Assembly (NCBI GenBank): GCA_964504255.1
Contig: CAZDDU010000003.1
Coordinates: 1-63,895 of the forward strand
From: an uncultured Candidatus Saccharibacteria bacterium
GTDB taxonomy: Bacteria > Patescibacteriota > Minisyncoccia > Phycocordibacterales > Zambryskibacteraceae
Direction: 5' to 3'
DNA length: 63,895 bases
Position 1 is the first letter of the stretch, and each line of letters starts with the position of its first letter. A program made the position numbers and the translations under genes. A model generated the notes under the pieces. The model worked only from the letters and a program-made list of their open reading frames with translations, was not told the DNA's origin and made no database searches. Shown piece by piece: positions 35,776 through 45,506 of this stretch.

Positions 35776-36816
35776 CTACTTCAAATTCACAATTCCTGAA
35801 CCACCGATGACCTGAGGCTTGGCTTCCTTGATGGCCTCAGCCATGGATATCATGCCACCGTCAGGGACTGAGCCACGAGCAGCGAATTCAGCACGGATGC
35901 CTTCAGCCTCGATCTTGCGACGATTGCTTTCGGCCTCCGCCTTGATTCGAGTTTCCTCTGCACGAGTAGTTGCAGTTTTTACATCTTCAACAGCGATGGC
36001 ATTACGACGCATAGCCTCGTTCATCTCCTTGTTGCCAGATTCGAGATCGAATCCGGTGTAGAAGAGACCTTGGATCTCCAGACCTCGACCATTTTTTAGG
36101 CCTACAGTCTGGTTCTCGTCCTCATTTGCCTTGAGGATGAAGTCGACCATGTCTTCTCTGCCTGGAGTGTCACGTTCATCACGGAGGTCCTTGACGGACT
36201 TGGCCGAGATGTATGCGCGAGCTCGAGCTGTGACAGCTGCTACAGCTTGCACATCCGATTTACCGGCAAGGAACTCCGCCTTCTCCGGATGGATCATCAG
36301 GACATTGAAGACGAGAGTGATACTGGCGGGGTAGTTCTCACTGGTGGGGATGTTCACCAACTCGATCGCCATGGTTGTGGCGAAATAGAAGAGGTGCTCC
36401 TCACCAGGCTTCGTCTCAGTTCTGACTACTGCGTATTCACTTGATCCAGGCTTGAGCTCGTATGTGTCGTACCTGCGACGTCTACGGTAATACTTCTTGA
36501 AGAAGCCGACATTCACCACACCGAGCTTGGCGAGAGGTCCAACATGTGGAGGTTGGGTGCCAGGCTCGAACTGTCTAGTGGTTTCGTTGTATCCCCACTC
36601 GGGAATGGTCGTCGGGAGGACGCTGTGGAATGGCCCATCCTTACTAGCCTTGACCATCATGACCACCTTTCCTGGTGGTGACATGGTCCTGAATGGTGAC
36701 CAAGGTTTGTCTTGCTCGGCCAACCAGACGATTGTTGCTGGGACACCATACTCCACTGCGAGGAAGAGAATCCCCACGAAGAGTAGTGCCACAATGAGAA
36801 CAATCACGACCTCCAT
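35776..36816 (-). CDS. SPFH/Band-7-like membrane protein
   Basis: N-terminal TM helix, an SPFH-like core and an Ala/Glu-rich coiled coil (AEETRIKAEAE...EAEG). SD AAGGAGG. Confidence 0.65.
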   Translation of the reverse strand: MEVVIVLIVALLFVGILFLAVEYGVPATIVWLAEQDKPWSPFRTMSPPGKVVMMVKASKDGPFHSVLPTTIPEWGYNETTRQFEPGTQPPHVGPLAKLGVVNVGFFKKYYRRRRRYDTYELKPGSSEYAVVRTETKPGEEHLFYFATTMAIELVNIPTSENYPASITLVFNVLMIHPEKAEFLAGKSDVQAVAAVTARARAYISAKSVKDLRDERDTPGREDMVDFILKANEDENQTVGLKNGRGLEIQGLFYTGFDLESGNKEMNEAMRRNAIAVEDVKTATTRAEETRIKAEAESNRRKIEAEGIRAEFAARGSVPDGGMISMAEAIKEAKPQVIGGSGIVNLK

Positions 36817-36929
36817 ACGCCCCTCCTTAAGGGATTTGTGAATGAGTCAATGAGCTTCTACCACTACTTTATCATAAAAATATACAAAAGTCAAGCTAAA
36901 ACATTATCGAAATATCTAGCTAAAGAAAG

Positions 36930-36965
36930 TTATCCACAGTTTTTTACCGAGGCCGGGCCTAGGTA
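36930..36965. repeat. 21-bp palindrome plus DnaA box, copy 3
   Basis: TTATCCACAGTTTTTTACCGAGGCCGGGCCTAGGTA, near-identical to the reverse complement of 16451-16486. Confidence 0.75.
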
Positions 36966-37100
36966 AATTCTTCTCAAGAAAACATTTATGTGGGCAGGTG
37001 AGCTTGGGTTGGGACCCAAGCGCAAGACTCTGAGCACCGAAGATGCGAAGAGTGTACAGCCTCTGTAAGAGGAGGACGTAGTCCTCGAACGAACACTTTG

Positions 37101-37181
37101 TGGGCGGGAGAGGACTTGAACCTCCACACCTTGCGGCACTTGGTCCTAAGCCAAGCGTGTCTACCATTTCACCACCCGCCC
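37101..37181 (-). tRNA. tRNA-Leu(TAG)
   Basis: GGGCGGG acceptor, CT-TAG-GA loop, variable arm, GGTTCAAGTCC. Confidence 0.92.
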
Positions 37182-37213
37182 GAAGATACAAATGTACCAT
37201 AAGTATGTCTTGT

Positions 37214-37277
37214 GGTCACACATAAAATCCTGTTGGATTTTTGCGCGACCCCGCCTCGGCCCGTCGGCCTCCGGCTT
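37214..37277 (-). mobile_element. Core of the tRNA-associated mini-element (copy without a tRNA 3' duplication)
   Basis: AAGCCGGAGGCCGACGGGCCGAGGCGGGGTCGC-hairpin-GTGACC downstream of tRNA-Lys. Confidence 0.55.
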
Positions 37278-37321
37278 GCACAAACCGAAAAAAGTGCCAC
37301 CGGCACTTTATTTCGTGTTTG

Positions 37322-37394
37322 TGCACCCTGAAGGGATCGAACCTTCGACCTTATCCTTAAGAGGGATCTGCTCTACCAGCTGAGCTAAGGGTGC
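37322..37394 (-). tRNA. tRNA-Lys(CTT)
   Basis: GCACCCT acceptor, CT-CTT-AA loop, GGTTCGATCCC. Confidence 0.92.
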
Positions 37395-37436
37395 AGGTAA
37401 GGGAAACTATATCTAAAATGCTAACACATTTCAATG

Positions 37437-37850
37437 CTATTTCGCCTCTAGAATGTATTCGTACCTGAACTTTTGATTACGGTTTGTGACTTTAAATATC
37501 ATCAGATAATACATTCTTCCATCTATTGTCTCTATGCTAATTATTGAATCAGCCTCTGGTTCTTTGCCGGACAGTGGTTTGTCTTCGATGATCCTTCTAT
37601 CTTTGCCGAAACCAATAGCTTTTATAATTCTTGTCATACCGAATTGGATATCAGAGTAGCTCTCTTTCTTGCCCATATTGAATTGTTTGGACAAAACGTC
37701 TTCCAACCCTTCTTTATTTTCAAATTTAGTGCTTCTTATGTAAGCCTCCACTTCATCTATATTTAAATCCGATGACTCGAGACGGCTTGCACGAATCTCT
37801 TCTTGTGGGACTGGCTCCGGTATAAGTGGAAATTCTCCTGATTCTCTCAT
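37437..37850 (-). CDS. Hypothetical protein inside the tRNA cluster
   Basis: Start reassigned to ATG 37850, just after tRNA-Gly; AT-rich, no recognised motif. Confidence 0.6.
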   Translation of the reverse strand: MRESGEFPLIPEPVPQEEIRASRLESSDLNIDEVEAYIRSTKFENKEGLEDVLSKQFNMGKKESYSDIQFGMTRIIKAIGFGKDRRIIEDKPLSGKEPEADSIISIETIDGRMYYLMIFKVTNRNQKFRYEYILEAK

Positions 37851-37871
37851 ACGTTTAATTCTATCATGCAG

Positions 37872-37942
37872 TGCGAGATGGGAGAATCGAACTCCCGCCC
37901 GATGCTTGGGAAGCACCAGTTCTACCACTAAACTAATCTCGC
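37872..37942 (-). tRNA. tRNA-Gly(CCC)
   Basis: GCGAGAT acceptor, TT-CCC-AA loop, AGTTCGATTCT. Confidence 0.9.
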
Positions 37943-37943
37943 T

Positions 37944-38028
37944 TGGTGCCCGAGGTGGGGGTCGAACCCACATCCCTTGCGAGACACGATTTTAAGTCGT
38001 GCGCGTATACCAATTCCGCCACTCGGGC
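37944..38028 (-). tRNA. tRNA-Leu(TAA)
   Basis: GCCCGAG acceptor, CT-TAA-AA loop, CCA encoded. Confidence 0.93.
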
Positions 38029-38051
38029 AATGTCCCGTAATAACGGGAGGG

Positions 38052-38123
38052 AGGCCTAGGGCGGAATCGCACCGCCGCATAACTCTTTTGCAGAGAGTTG
38101 CCTTACTACTTGGCGACTAGGCC
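38052..38123 (-). tRNA. tRNA-Cys(GCA)
   Basis: GGCCTAG acceptor, CT-GCA-AA loop, U73; the T-loop reads TGCGATT. Confidence 0.88.
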
Positions 38124-38158
38124 GAAATACTTATAGAACATGCTCTACATTATCACAT

Positions 38159-38485
38159 TTAGATCTCTCGACTAATCTCGTCTAACCTTTGACGATTCCT
38201 CTCACCATAGTCAATTTGGAAGCGGAGGTGGGGGATGATGCCGATACGAGCCTTACGCTTTAGATGTTCCTTAAACTCTGGTGCTTTCCTGTCTAGAAAC
38301 TTTTTAGCAGTATCTTCCTCGCTCTCAGGTATGGTGGTGAAGAAGATTATAGCGTCCTTGCCGGAGGTATTAAGTACTACTCTGGTCACAGTGATGAGTG
38401 ATGAGATGCCAGAGTTCTCTAGGATGAATTTGGCAGCTTCGCGGTGGAGAGTCTCTTCTACTTTGTCGTGTTTTAGTTGTCGCAT
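38159..38485 (-). CDS. rbfA: Ribosome-binding factor A
   Basis: ITVTRVVL...DAIIFFT...IPHLRFQID; directly downstream of infB. Confidence 0.85.
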   Translation of the reverse strand: MRQLKHDKVEETLHREAAKFILENSGISSLITVTRVVLNTSGKDAIIFFTTIPESEEDTAKKFLDRKAPEFKEHLKRKARIGIIPHLRFQIDYGERNRQRLDEISREI

Positions 38486-38511
38486 GTTTATAGGGAGTTT
38501 ATCGAACTATT

Positions 38512-40008
38512 TTACTTGGTGACCATTACGATTCTTTCTAGGTGGTCCCCAGGAGCTATCTCGGTCTTAGACTCTACAAGCATGCCGAACTCGTTGCCCT
38601 CTCCTATACTATCTACTACAACCTTAGACTGTTGGAGCTCCTTCACCTTGCCTCGACCCACTTCTTCCTCTCTTCTTATGATGCGGAAGTTTGATTTACC
38701 TTCAAGTAATCCTGTCTCCATTCTTGCCCCCAATACTTGTTTGTCCTTAGTCTTGCTAAAGCACTTGAGTACCTTAGCTCTACCCATGACCTCCTCTGTT
38801 TCGAACTTAGGCGCCTTTTCGTTCAATAATTCCTCAACTCTTTCTGTGAGTTTATAGATAATGTCATACAGCTCTATCGAAATAGTTTCAGTACGTTCTG
38901 CCAAGGCCCCAGCTTGTGCATCTATCTTAGTGTTGAAACCGAAAATGATAGTCCCTGGAGTGGTCATACCGGTCTTCACATCGCTCTCGCTTATTGTGCC
39001 GACATCTGCACTAACTATTTTTATAGAAATTTTATCTTTATTAATTTTCCCCAATTCATATTTAATAGCCTCTAGACTCCCGGCTGCGTCTGCTTTGATG
39101 ATAATTGGTAGAGATATAGATCCATCCTCAGCACTAGCTTGGGGCATTTCGTTCTTTGGTACATGTGCTTTGATTGCTTCTGAGTCAGCGTAGAATTGTG
39201 CAGCCCTCTTGTCATCGAAAATTTCGAAAGTTGCACCAACGAGAGGTAGTCTGTCCCAACCAATTATTTGTACTGGAGAAGAGAAGGTGAGTGACTCAAT
39301 CTTTGTGCCCATGGCATCAAGGATAAATCGGAGTGGAGCAATGGTGCCTATGGATGCTGCTACTTGGCCAGTTTTTATCGTTCCATCTTTGAGTACTCCA
39401 ACGGCAGTGATGCCCTTTTTGGCATCGAGCCTACTCTCGATGATCACTCCGGATCCAAGTCGATCTGCCTCACCGGTGCAATGCTCAACTTCTGCGAGAA
39501 GAAGTACCAGGTCTAGGAAATCGTTTATACCAACTCCAGTCTTTGCTGAGAGTGCAACCATGGGCACATCTCCACCGTATCCTTCGACGAAGACATCATT
39601 CTCCGCAAGAGATTGTTTAGCCATCTCGACGTTAGCTGATGGTTTGTCGATTTTAGTGATAGCAACAATCATTGGCACGCTTGCCTCCCTGATTCTCTTA
39701 AGTGCTTCGATGGTCTGAGGCTTCACCCCATCTTCTGCGGAGACAACCAAGACACCAATGTCCGCAGCTTTGGCACCACGAGCACGAATGGAGTTGAAGG
39801 CTTCGTGTCCAGGAGTATCGAGGAAGGTGATCTTCTCTGTCGCGCCATCGCTATTTGTATGTGCTATTTCGTATGCAGAGACATGCTGAGTTATGCCACC
39901 AGCCTCTTTATCGACAGTATTTGCCTTCCTGATGTAGTCAAGGAGGGTGGACTTGCCGTGGTCAATATGACCCATTATTGCTACTACTGGTGGCCTTCTA
40001 GACTTCAT
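38512..40008 (-). CDS. infB: Translation initiation factor IF-2, lacking the N-terminal domains
   Basis: [31 protein letters not shown] and [12 protein letters not shown]. Confidence 0.95.
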   Translation of the reverse strand: MKSRRPPVVAIMGHIDHGKSTLLDYIRKANTVDKEAGGITQHVSAYEIAHTNSDGATEKITFLDTPGHEAFNSIRARGAKAADIGVLVVSAEDGVKPQTIEALKRIREASVPMIVAITKIDKPSANVEMAKQSLAENDVFVEGYGGDVPMVALSAKTGVGINDFLDLVLLLAEVEHCTGEADRLGSGVIIESRLDAKKGITAVGVLKDGTIKTGQVAASIGTIAPLRFILDAMGTKIESLTFSSPVQIIGWDRLPLVGATFEIFDDKRAAQFYADSEAIKAHVPKNEMPQASAEDGSISLPIIIKADAAGSLEAIKYELGKINKDKISIKIVSADVGTISESDVKTGMTTPGTIIFGFNTKIDAQAGALAERTETISIELYDIIYKLTERVEELLNEKAPKFETEEVMGRAKVLKCFSKTKDKQVLGARMETGLLEGKSNFRIIRREEEVGRGKVKELQQSKVVVDSIGEGNEFGMLVESKTEIAPGDHLERIVMVTK

Positions 40009-40068
40009 AGTACGGGCACTTTAGCACAAAAAAGTTGCAAAATCACGCTTTATTTCTAGAATGAGTCA

Positions 40069-41139
40069 ATGGGAATCTTTAAAAGAGCTAGAATTTTCTT
40101 GGATTTTGCAGGTGGGCAAAGCAACCCCTCGGCTATTCATGCTGAGGGGGTGAGGGCAAGGTCGAGTTTGGAAGACTCTCGTTTACGTCTGGCGAGGTTG
40201 CTTGGGGTGCAAAAGAAGGAGGTTGTCTTCACCTCTGGGGGGACCGAGTCAGACAACATGGCCATCTTGGGCATTTTTGAGGCCGCTAGAAAAAATATTT
40301 CGAGACCACACATCATAATCTCGAGAGTTGAGCATAGTGCTGTCAGCGAAGCAGCTAAGGAAGTGGAGAGACGTGGTGGCGAAGTAACGATAGTCGAGCT
40401 TGAGGATGGGGTAGTGAATGCCAACACAGTTTTGGAATCAATTAAGGAGAATACGGTCTTGATATCTATTGTTTACGCCAACAGTCACACTGGAGGCATT
40501 AACCCAATTCAGAAGATCACTAGACTGGTTAGGGATATAAGAAACAAAAGTAATTCCAAATATCCCCTTGTACACACTGATGCCACTCAAGCACTCGGCT
40601 ACTTGCCGGTGGGTTTCCCCAAGCTTGGTGCAGACCTGATTACTCTAGACGCATCAAAGATAAGAGGACCGAAGGGTGTCTCTGCTCTAGTGGTACGAGG
40701 AAATGTAAATATAAGACCAATAATCTTTGGTGGTGGACAAGAGTTTGGTCTAAGGAGTGGTACAGAGAATGTAGAAGAAATAAAGAAGTTTGCCGAAGTG
40801 GTAGAAGAGAGTGAAAGAGATAGAGAGAAGAATTTCTCGAGGTTAAAAATCTTGAAAAATTTATTTCTAAGTGAGGTGGAGAACTCGGTGCCACAAGCGG
40901 TGGTAAATTCTCCGGAACAGAGCCTGCCCAATATTGTGAGCCTAAGTATCCCAAATGCCTTACATGAGTTTCTAGTGATTAAGTTAGATGCTAGTGGTGT
41001 ATCGGCCTCTACTGGGAGCGCCTGCCTTTTTAGGAAGAGTGACTCTGATACTGATGCAATCCGTTTTTCTTTTGGTTCAAAAACTAATGAAAGTGAGATA
41101 AAAAGAGTTGTTAGAATCTTGAAAGACGTTGTGTTATAA
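40069..41139 (+). CDS. Cysteine desulfurase (IscS/NifS family)
   Basis: FTSGGTESDN, HTDATQ, PLP lysine in DASKIRGPKG, RSGTEN and STGSAC. Confidence 0.88.
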   Translation: MGIFKRARIFLDFAGGQSNPSAIHAEGVRARSSLEDSRLRLARLLGVQKKEVVFTSGGTESDNMAILGIFEAARKNISRPHIIISRVEHSAVSEAAKEVERRGGEVTIVELEDGVVNANTVLESIKENTVLISIVYANSHTGGINPIQKITRLVRDIRNKSNSKYPLVHTDATQALGYLPVGFPKLGADLITLDASKIRGPKGVSALVVRGNVNIRPIIFGGGQEFGLRSGTENVEEIKKFAEVVEESERDREKNFSRLKILKNLFLSEVENSVPQAVVNSPEQSLPNIVSLSIPNALHEFLVIKLDASGVSASTGSACLFRKSDSDTDAIRFSFGSKTNESEIKRVVRILKDVVL

Positions 41140-41936
41140 TGAGTTTTATGACAACGATGGAAGATCTCACAAAGACTCAAATCGTTCTTCTAACGCTTTT
41201 AGTGAGCTTTATCACTTCGATTGCGACAGGGATCATTACCACCTCGCTCTTGGCAGAGGCTCCTCAAGGAGTAACTCAGACTATTGACCGAGTTGTAGAG
41301 CGCACAGTCGAGAGGGTGACAACTCCATCAGGCGGAGGAACGGTTAAGGAGGTAACAGTGGTCAAGGAGGGCGACGCAATAGTGTCGGCTATTGAGGCTA
41401 ACACCAAAGCAGTTGTCCGTATCAAGTCACCAGCAGGAGTAGATGGAATTCAACATTTCTACGGTCTTGGAGTGGTGGTGAACAAACAAGGCCTAGTACT
41501 TTCTGATAGGAGAGATATTATCCAAGGTAGTACTTACTCAGTAGTCTTCTCCGATGGTACTGAGCTCGGAGCAACGATTCACAAGGTTAGCTACACAGGT
41601 AGCATGATACTCTTTAGATTAGTTGCAGATGATTCTAAACTCCGTACACTTTCAACCGTCTCGATGTCTGAGTCTGACCCAAAGCTTGGTCAGACTGTAG
41701 TAGCTATCGAAGGTAGCGAGAGGAATGCTATTAATGTAGGTAGGATCCTCTCGCTGAACCCGGCTACAGGTTTCGCAGTGACCGACATAGATAGCAGCGA
41801 GACAGCAGGAGGACCACTACTCAACCTATCGGGCGAGTTAGTCGGGTTGAAGACTTCAAACAACGACCTCTCAATAACTCAAGGTTTATACACATCGGTT
41901 AGTTCGCTCAAGGAATTTATTGCTAATAACTCTTAA
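41139..41936 (+). CDS. Membrane-anchored trypsin-like (HtrA/S1C) protein with a degenerate catalytic triad
   Basis: Fold motifs GLGVVV, LGQTVVAI and TAGGPLLNLSGELVG. The His and Ser motifs are replaced. Confidence 0.7.
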   Translation: MSFMTTMEDLTKTQIVLLTLLVSFITSIATGIITTSLLAEAPQGVTQTIDRVVERTVERVTTPSGGGTVKEVTVVKEGDAIVSAIEANTKAVVRIKSPAGVDGIQHFYGLGVVVNKQGLVLSDRRDIIQGSTYSVVFSDGTELGATIHKVSYTGSMILFRLVADDSKLRTLSTVSMSESDPKLGQTVVAIEGSERNAINVGRILSLNPATGFAVTDIDSSETAGGPLLNLSGELVGLKTSNNDLSITQGLYTSVSSLKEFIANNS

Positions 41937-41954
41937 CAGAGATTACAAAACAAT

Positions 41955-44627
41955 ATGCCACCATTCAACCATTTTACGACGAAGGCTAAAGAGGCAATAA
42001 GAAGAGCTCACGAGCTTGCTATTGAGCGTGGACAAAACCATGTGAACCCTATTCATCTCCTGGCAGCGCTCATTCTCCAAGAGGAGAGCATGGTCATCTC
42101 GATTATCGACAAGTTGGATATTGATTCAATTCTTCTAACAGACAATGTACTTGAGGCAATTGAGAGTCGAGAGTCCTCGCAAACACTTTCACCTTCGTAT
42201 CAGATATATCTCACTCCAGAGTTGGCAAATATTATCGACACTTCCTCGAAGATCGCCCAAGGTCTTGGTGATGAATTTGTCTCAACCGAACATCTCTTCC
42301 TCTCTGTCCTCGAGTCTCCTGGCGAGGCCAAGGAACTCTTGACCAAGTTCAAGATCGACAAGGGGACAGTTGTTAGGATTATTGAGGAACTTAAGAAGTC
42401 GGGTGCAGCCGAGCCAAAGGCCGAGAAGAAGTTTAAATCTCTTATCAAATACACCAGGAGTTTGACCAAGCTTGCCAAGCAGAACAAACTTGACCCAGTC
42501 ATTGGTCGTGACCAAGAGATCTCGCGTATTATCCAGATCCTCTCTCGTCGTACCAAGAACAATCCAATTCTTATTGGGGAGGCCGGTGTTGGTAAGACCG
42601 CCATTGCAGAAGGTTTGGCACTCAGGATGGCGAACGGCAATGTACCAGAGTCTCTAAGAGATAAGGAGCTGGTGTCTTTAGACCTAGGACTTCTTATTGC
42701 AGGCACTAAGTATCGTGGAGAGTTCGAGGAGCGACTCAAAAATATTATTAAAGAGATTGAGAAGTCCGAGGGTAAGATTATTCTTTTCATCGATGAGATC
42801 CACACTATCGTTGGTGCTGGTGCAGCAGAGGGCTCGATAGATGCTTCAAACATGATGAAGCCACCACTTGCTCGTGGTGAACTTCGCGCTATCGGCGCAA
42901 CTACTATTCGCGAATATCAGAAGCATATAGAGAAGGATCCTGCGTTGACCCGTCGCTTCCAGCCAGTGTATGTGAACGAACCTTCTATCGAGGATGCTAT
43001 GACTATACTCAGGGGTCTTAAGGAGCGCTACGAGCTCTACCACGGAGTTCATATAACGGATGATGCTATAAGAGCCGCTGTTGCCCTCTCCTCTCGTTAT
43101 ATTACCGACAGGTTCCTCCCCGACAAGGCGGTTGACCTTATTGATGAAGCCGCATCCTTCTTGAAGATTTCTCTTGAGAACATGCCACCAGTCCTACAAG
43201 AAACACATTCTAAGGTTGTGAAGCTAGAGATCGAGCGAGAGGCACTTAAGCGCGAGACCAAGAATCCAAAGGTAACTGCGAGACTTAAAGTTATTGATAA
43301 GGAGATTGCTGATCTTCGAGAGAAGACCTCAGAGATAGAGCTCAAGTGGAAGAATGAGAAGGAGACTGTAGGCGAGATCAAGAGTATCAAGAAGTTGCTC
43401 GAGACATCCCGCTTAGAGGCAGAGGCAGCAGAAGCAAGTGCTGACCTAGCTCGTGCTGCAGAGCTTAGGTACGGGGAGATCCCACAGCTCGAGCGCGATC
43501 TAGATACTAAAGCTAAGAGATTAAAGAAGCTCCAAAGTTCAAGAAGGATTCTTAAGGAAGAGATTACCGAAGAAGATATTGCTTTGGTTGTTAGTCGTTG
43601 GACCAATATCCCAGTATCGAGGATGCTAGAGGAAGAAGCAGAGAAGTTGAATAGAATGGAAGAGTACCTCAAGCGTCGTATTGTTGGTCAGGATGAGGCG
43701 GTGAAAAAGATCGCCGACACGGTGAAGAGGAGTCGTGCGGGGATCTCAGACCCACAAAGACCGATCGGCTCCTTCATGTTCCTTGGTCCTACAGGAGTAG
43801 GTAAGACCGAGCTTACCAAGGCATTGGCCGAGTTTATGTTCGACGATGATAAGGCCTTGATACGAGTTGATATGAGTGAGTTCATGGAGAAGCACTCGGT
43901 GTCCAAGCTCATTGGTGCGCCACCAGGTTATGTCGGTCATGAGGAGGGAGGGACCTTCACCGAGACGGTCCGTCACAGACCTTACTCTGTCATTCTCTTC
44001 GATGAGATAGAGAAGGCGCACCCTGAGGTCTTTAACATTCTTCTTCAAGTACTCGATAATGGTCGCTTGACTGACGCTAAGGGTAGAGTGGTGAACTTCA
44101 AGAACACTATTATTGTCATGACCTCAAATGTGGGCGCACAATACATCGACAAAATGCAGTCAATAGGTTTCTCGAAAGGCGAGAAGGAGAATTATGCTGG
44201 AGTTAAGGATAAGGTTCTGGATGCACTCAAGGATCAATTCCGACCTGAGTTCTTAAACAGACTAGATGACATAATTGTCTTCGATGTTCTAGATAGAGAG
44301 ACCATTCGAAACATCGTGAACATCCAAGTGGAGTCGGTGAAGAAGAGGTTAGCCGACAAGGAGATCGAGCTCGTGATCTCAGACTCTGTATTAGAAGAGC
44401 TTGGTCATGAGGGTTATAACCCACAATACGGAGCAAGACCTCTCAAGCGTCTCATCCAGACCAAGATTCTTAATCCTGTGGCCACCATGATGATCAGCAA
44501 CAAGATCCTTTCTGGTGGAACTGTCTTGGTGGATAAGAAAAACGGTGAGTACACCTTCGATGTGAAGAAGGGTAGGAGGAGTGGTAGTGTGAGCTCAATG
44601 GTTGATAAACAGCGTACGACCCGTTAA
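41955..44627 (+). CDS. clpB: ClpB / Clp AAA+ chaperone
   Basis: Two Walker A motifs ([16 protein letters not shown]), LDPVIGRD, a long middle domain and [10 protein letters not shown]. Confidence 0.93.
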   Translation: MPPFNHFTTKAKEAIRRAHELAIERGQNHVNPIHLLAALILQEESMVISIIDKLDIDSILLTDNVLEAIESRESSQTLSPSYQIYLTPELANIIDTSSKIAQGLGDEFVSTEHLFLSVLESPGEAKELLTKFKIDKGTVVRIIEELKKSGAAEPKAEKKFKSLIKYTRSLTKLAKQNKLDPVIGRDQEISRIIQILSRRTKNNPILIGEAGVGKTAIAEGLALRMANGNVPESLRDKELVSLDLGLLIAGTKYRGEFEERLKNIIKEIEKSEGKIILFIDEIHTIVGAGAAEGSIDASNMMKPPLARGELRAIGATTIREYQKHIEKDPALTRRFQPVYVNEPSIEDAMTILRGLKERYELYHGVHITDDAIRAAVALSSRYITDRFLPDKAVDLIDEAASFLKISLENMPPVLQETHSKVVKLEIEREALKRETKNPKVTARLKVIDKEIADLREKTSEIELKWKNEKETVGEIKSIKKLLETSRLEAEAAEASADLARAAELRYGEIPQLERDLDTKAKRLKKLQSSRRILKEEITEEDIALVVSRWTNIPVSRMLEEEAEKLNRMEEYLKRRIVGQDEAVKKIADTVKRSRAGISDPQRPIGSFMFLGPTGVGKTELTKALAEFMFDDDKALIRVDMSEFMEKHSVSKLIGAPPGYVGHEEGGTFTETVRHRPYSVILFDEIEKAHPEVFNILLQVLDNGRLTDAKGRVVNFKNTIIVMTSNVGAQYIDKMQSIGFSKGEKENYAGVKDKVLDALKDQFRPEFLNRLDDIIVFDVLDRETIRNIVNIQVESVKKRLADKEIELVISDSVLEELGHEGYNPQYGARPLKRLIQTKILNPVATMMISNKILSGGTVLVDKKNGEYTFDVKKGRRSGSVSSMVDKQRTTR

Positions 44628-44638
44628 TATAGGCTTAC

Positions 44639-44724
44639 GCGTCGGTGGTAGAGTGGTCAATTACAACAGACTGTAAATCTGTCGGCTTCGGCCTACGAAG
44701 GTTCGAATCCTTCCCGGCGCACCA
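44639..44724 (+). tRNA. tRNA-Tyr(GTA)
   Basis: CT-GTA-AA loop, variable arm, CCA encoded. Confidence 0.93.
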
Positions 44725-44728
44725 AATT

Positions 44729-45025
44729 ATGGAAAATATTCCAAATCAACCAATAAACCTAGAACGATATTACGCATTCAAAGCTAAGTTTGATAACTAC
44801 ATTAGTAGTGCAGATCCAGACTTTGTTGATGAGATTTTTTTAGAAATATTTCCACAGCAACAAGCCAGTTTATTGGCAAGGTATCCAGATGCTACTTCCT
44901 ATGCGTTCTTCCATATTCTGGGAGGTAGTACGTTCAACGATTCAATAAGAGCAATTGAACACGAGGATTTCCCAGGAAATGACTCAGTTGAGCTCTTTAT
45001 TGACAATCTAATGAATCAAAAGTAA
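44729..45025 (+). CDS. Hypothetical protein downstream of tRNA-Tyr
   Basis: Start reassigned to ATG 44729; 98 aa, AT-rich. Confidence 0.55.
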   Translation: MENIPNQPINLERYYAFKAKFDNYISSADPDFVDEIFLEIFPQQQASLLARYPDATSYAFFHILGGSTFNDSIRAIEHEDFPGNDSVELFIDNLMNQK

Positions 45026-45036
45026 TATAGCAGTCT

Positions 45037-45210
45037 ATGTCACAAGTCCACTTAATAAAGCTAGTCTCAGTCGGAGACGCAAAAGGCCTCGGTAAGGGTC
45101 ACACTTACTATTCTCGTAAGAACAAGAAGTCAGTCGAGAGGAAGATCGAGCTCAAGAAGTACAACCCAATAGCCAAGAAGCACACAGTTTATAAGGAGAA
45201 GAAGGCCTAA
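45037..45210 (+). CDS. rpmG: 50S ribosomal protein bL33, Cys-less form; absent from the ORF track
   Basis: MSQVHLIKLVS...GHTYYSRKNKK...KIELKKYNPIAKKHTVYKEKKA*. Confidence 0.9.
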   Translation: MSQVHLIKLVSVGDAKGLGKGHTYYSRKNKKSVERKIELKKYNPIAKKHTVYKEKKA

Positions 45211-45278
45211 ATAAGTAAAGATAAATCACCCCGAAAGGGGCGATTTTCTTACCTTTTGTGTTAATATGCCAGTTATAA

Positions 45279-45349
45279 GGGCGATTAGTTTAATGGTAGA
45301 ACAGCGGTCTCCAAAACCGCTGGTGAGGGTTCGATTCCTTCATCGCCCG
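45279..45349 (+). tRNA. tRNA-Trp(CCA)
   Basis: GGGCGAT/ATCGCCC acceptor, CT-CCA-AA loop. Confidence 0.93.
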
Positions 45350-45499
45350 CAATGATCCACGAGGAAGCCTGGCACGGCTTCTGTGTGGGGCATCAGCGCG
45401 TGGCTATGAGGAATCGAAAGCCGGAGCGCGACGGCGCGAGGCGGGGTCGCAGACCTCACGAGCACGTTAGGATCTGTGACCGATTCCTTCATCGCCCGC
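45332..45499 (+). mobile_element. tRNA-Trp T-loop mini-element bounded by a 19-bp direct repeat
   Basis: CGATTCCTTCATCGCCCGC at 45332-45350 and 45481-45499, with the conserved core CGACGG..CGAGGCGGGGTCGC..GTGACC inside. Confidence 0.7.
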
Positions 45500-45506
45500 C
45501 TTCTCA

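Noticed and set aside
45079-45090. Half-site GGCCTCGGTA of the 21-bp palindrome inside rpmG
   Set aside because: Only half the motif, in coding sequence (GLG), with no DnaA box; likely chance.
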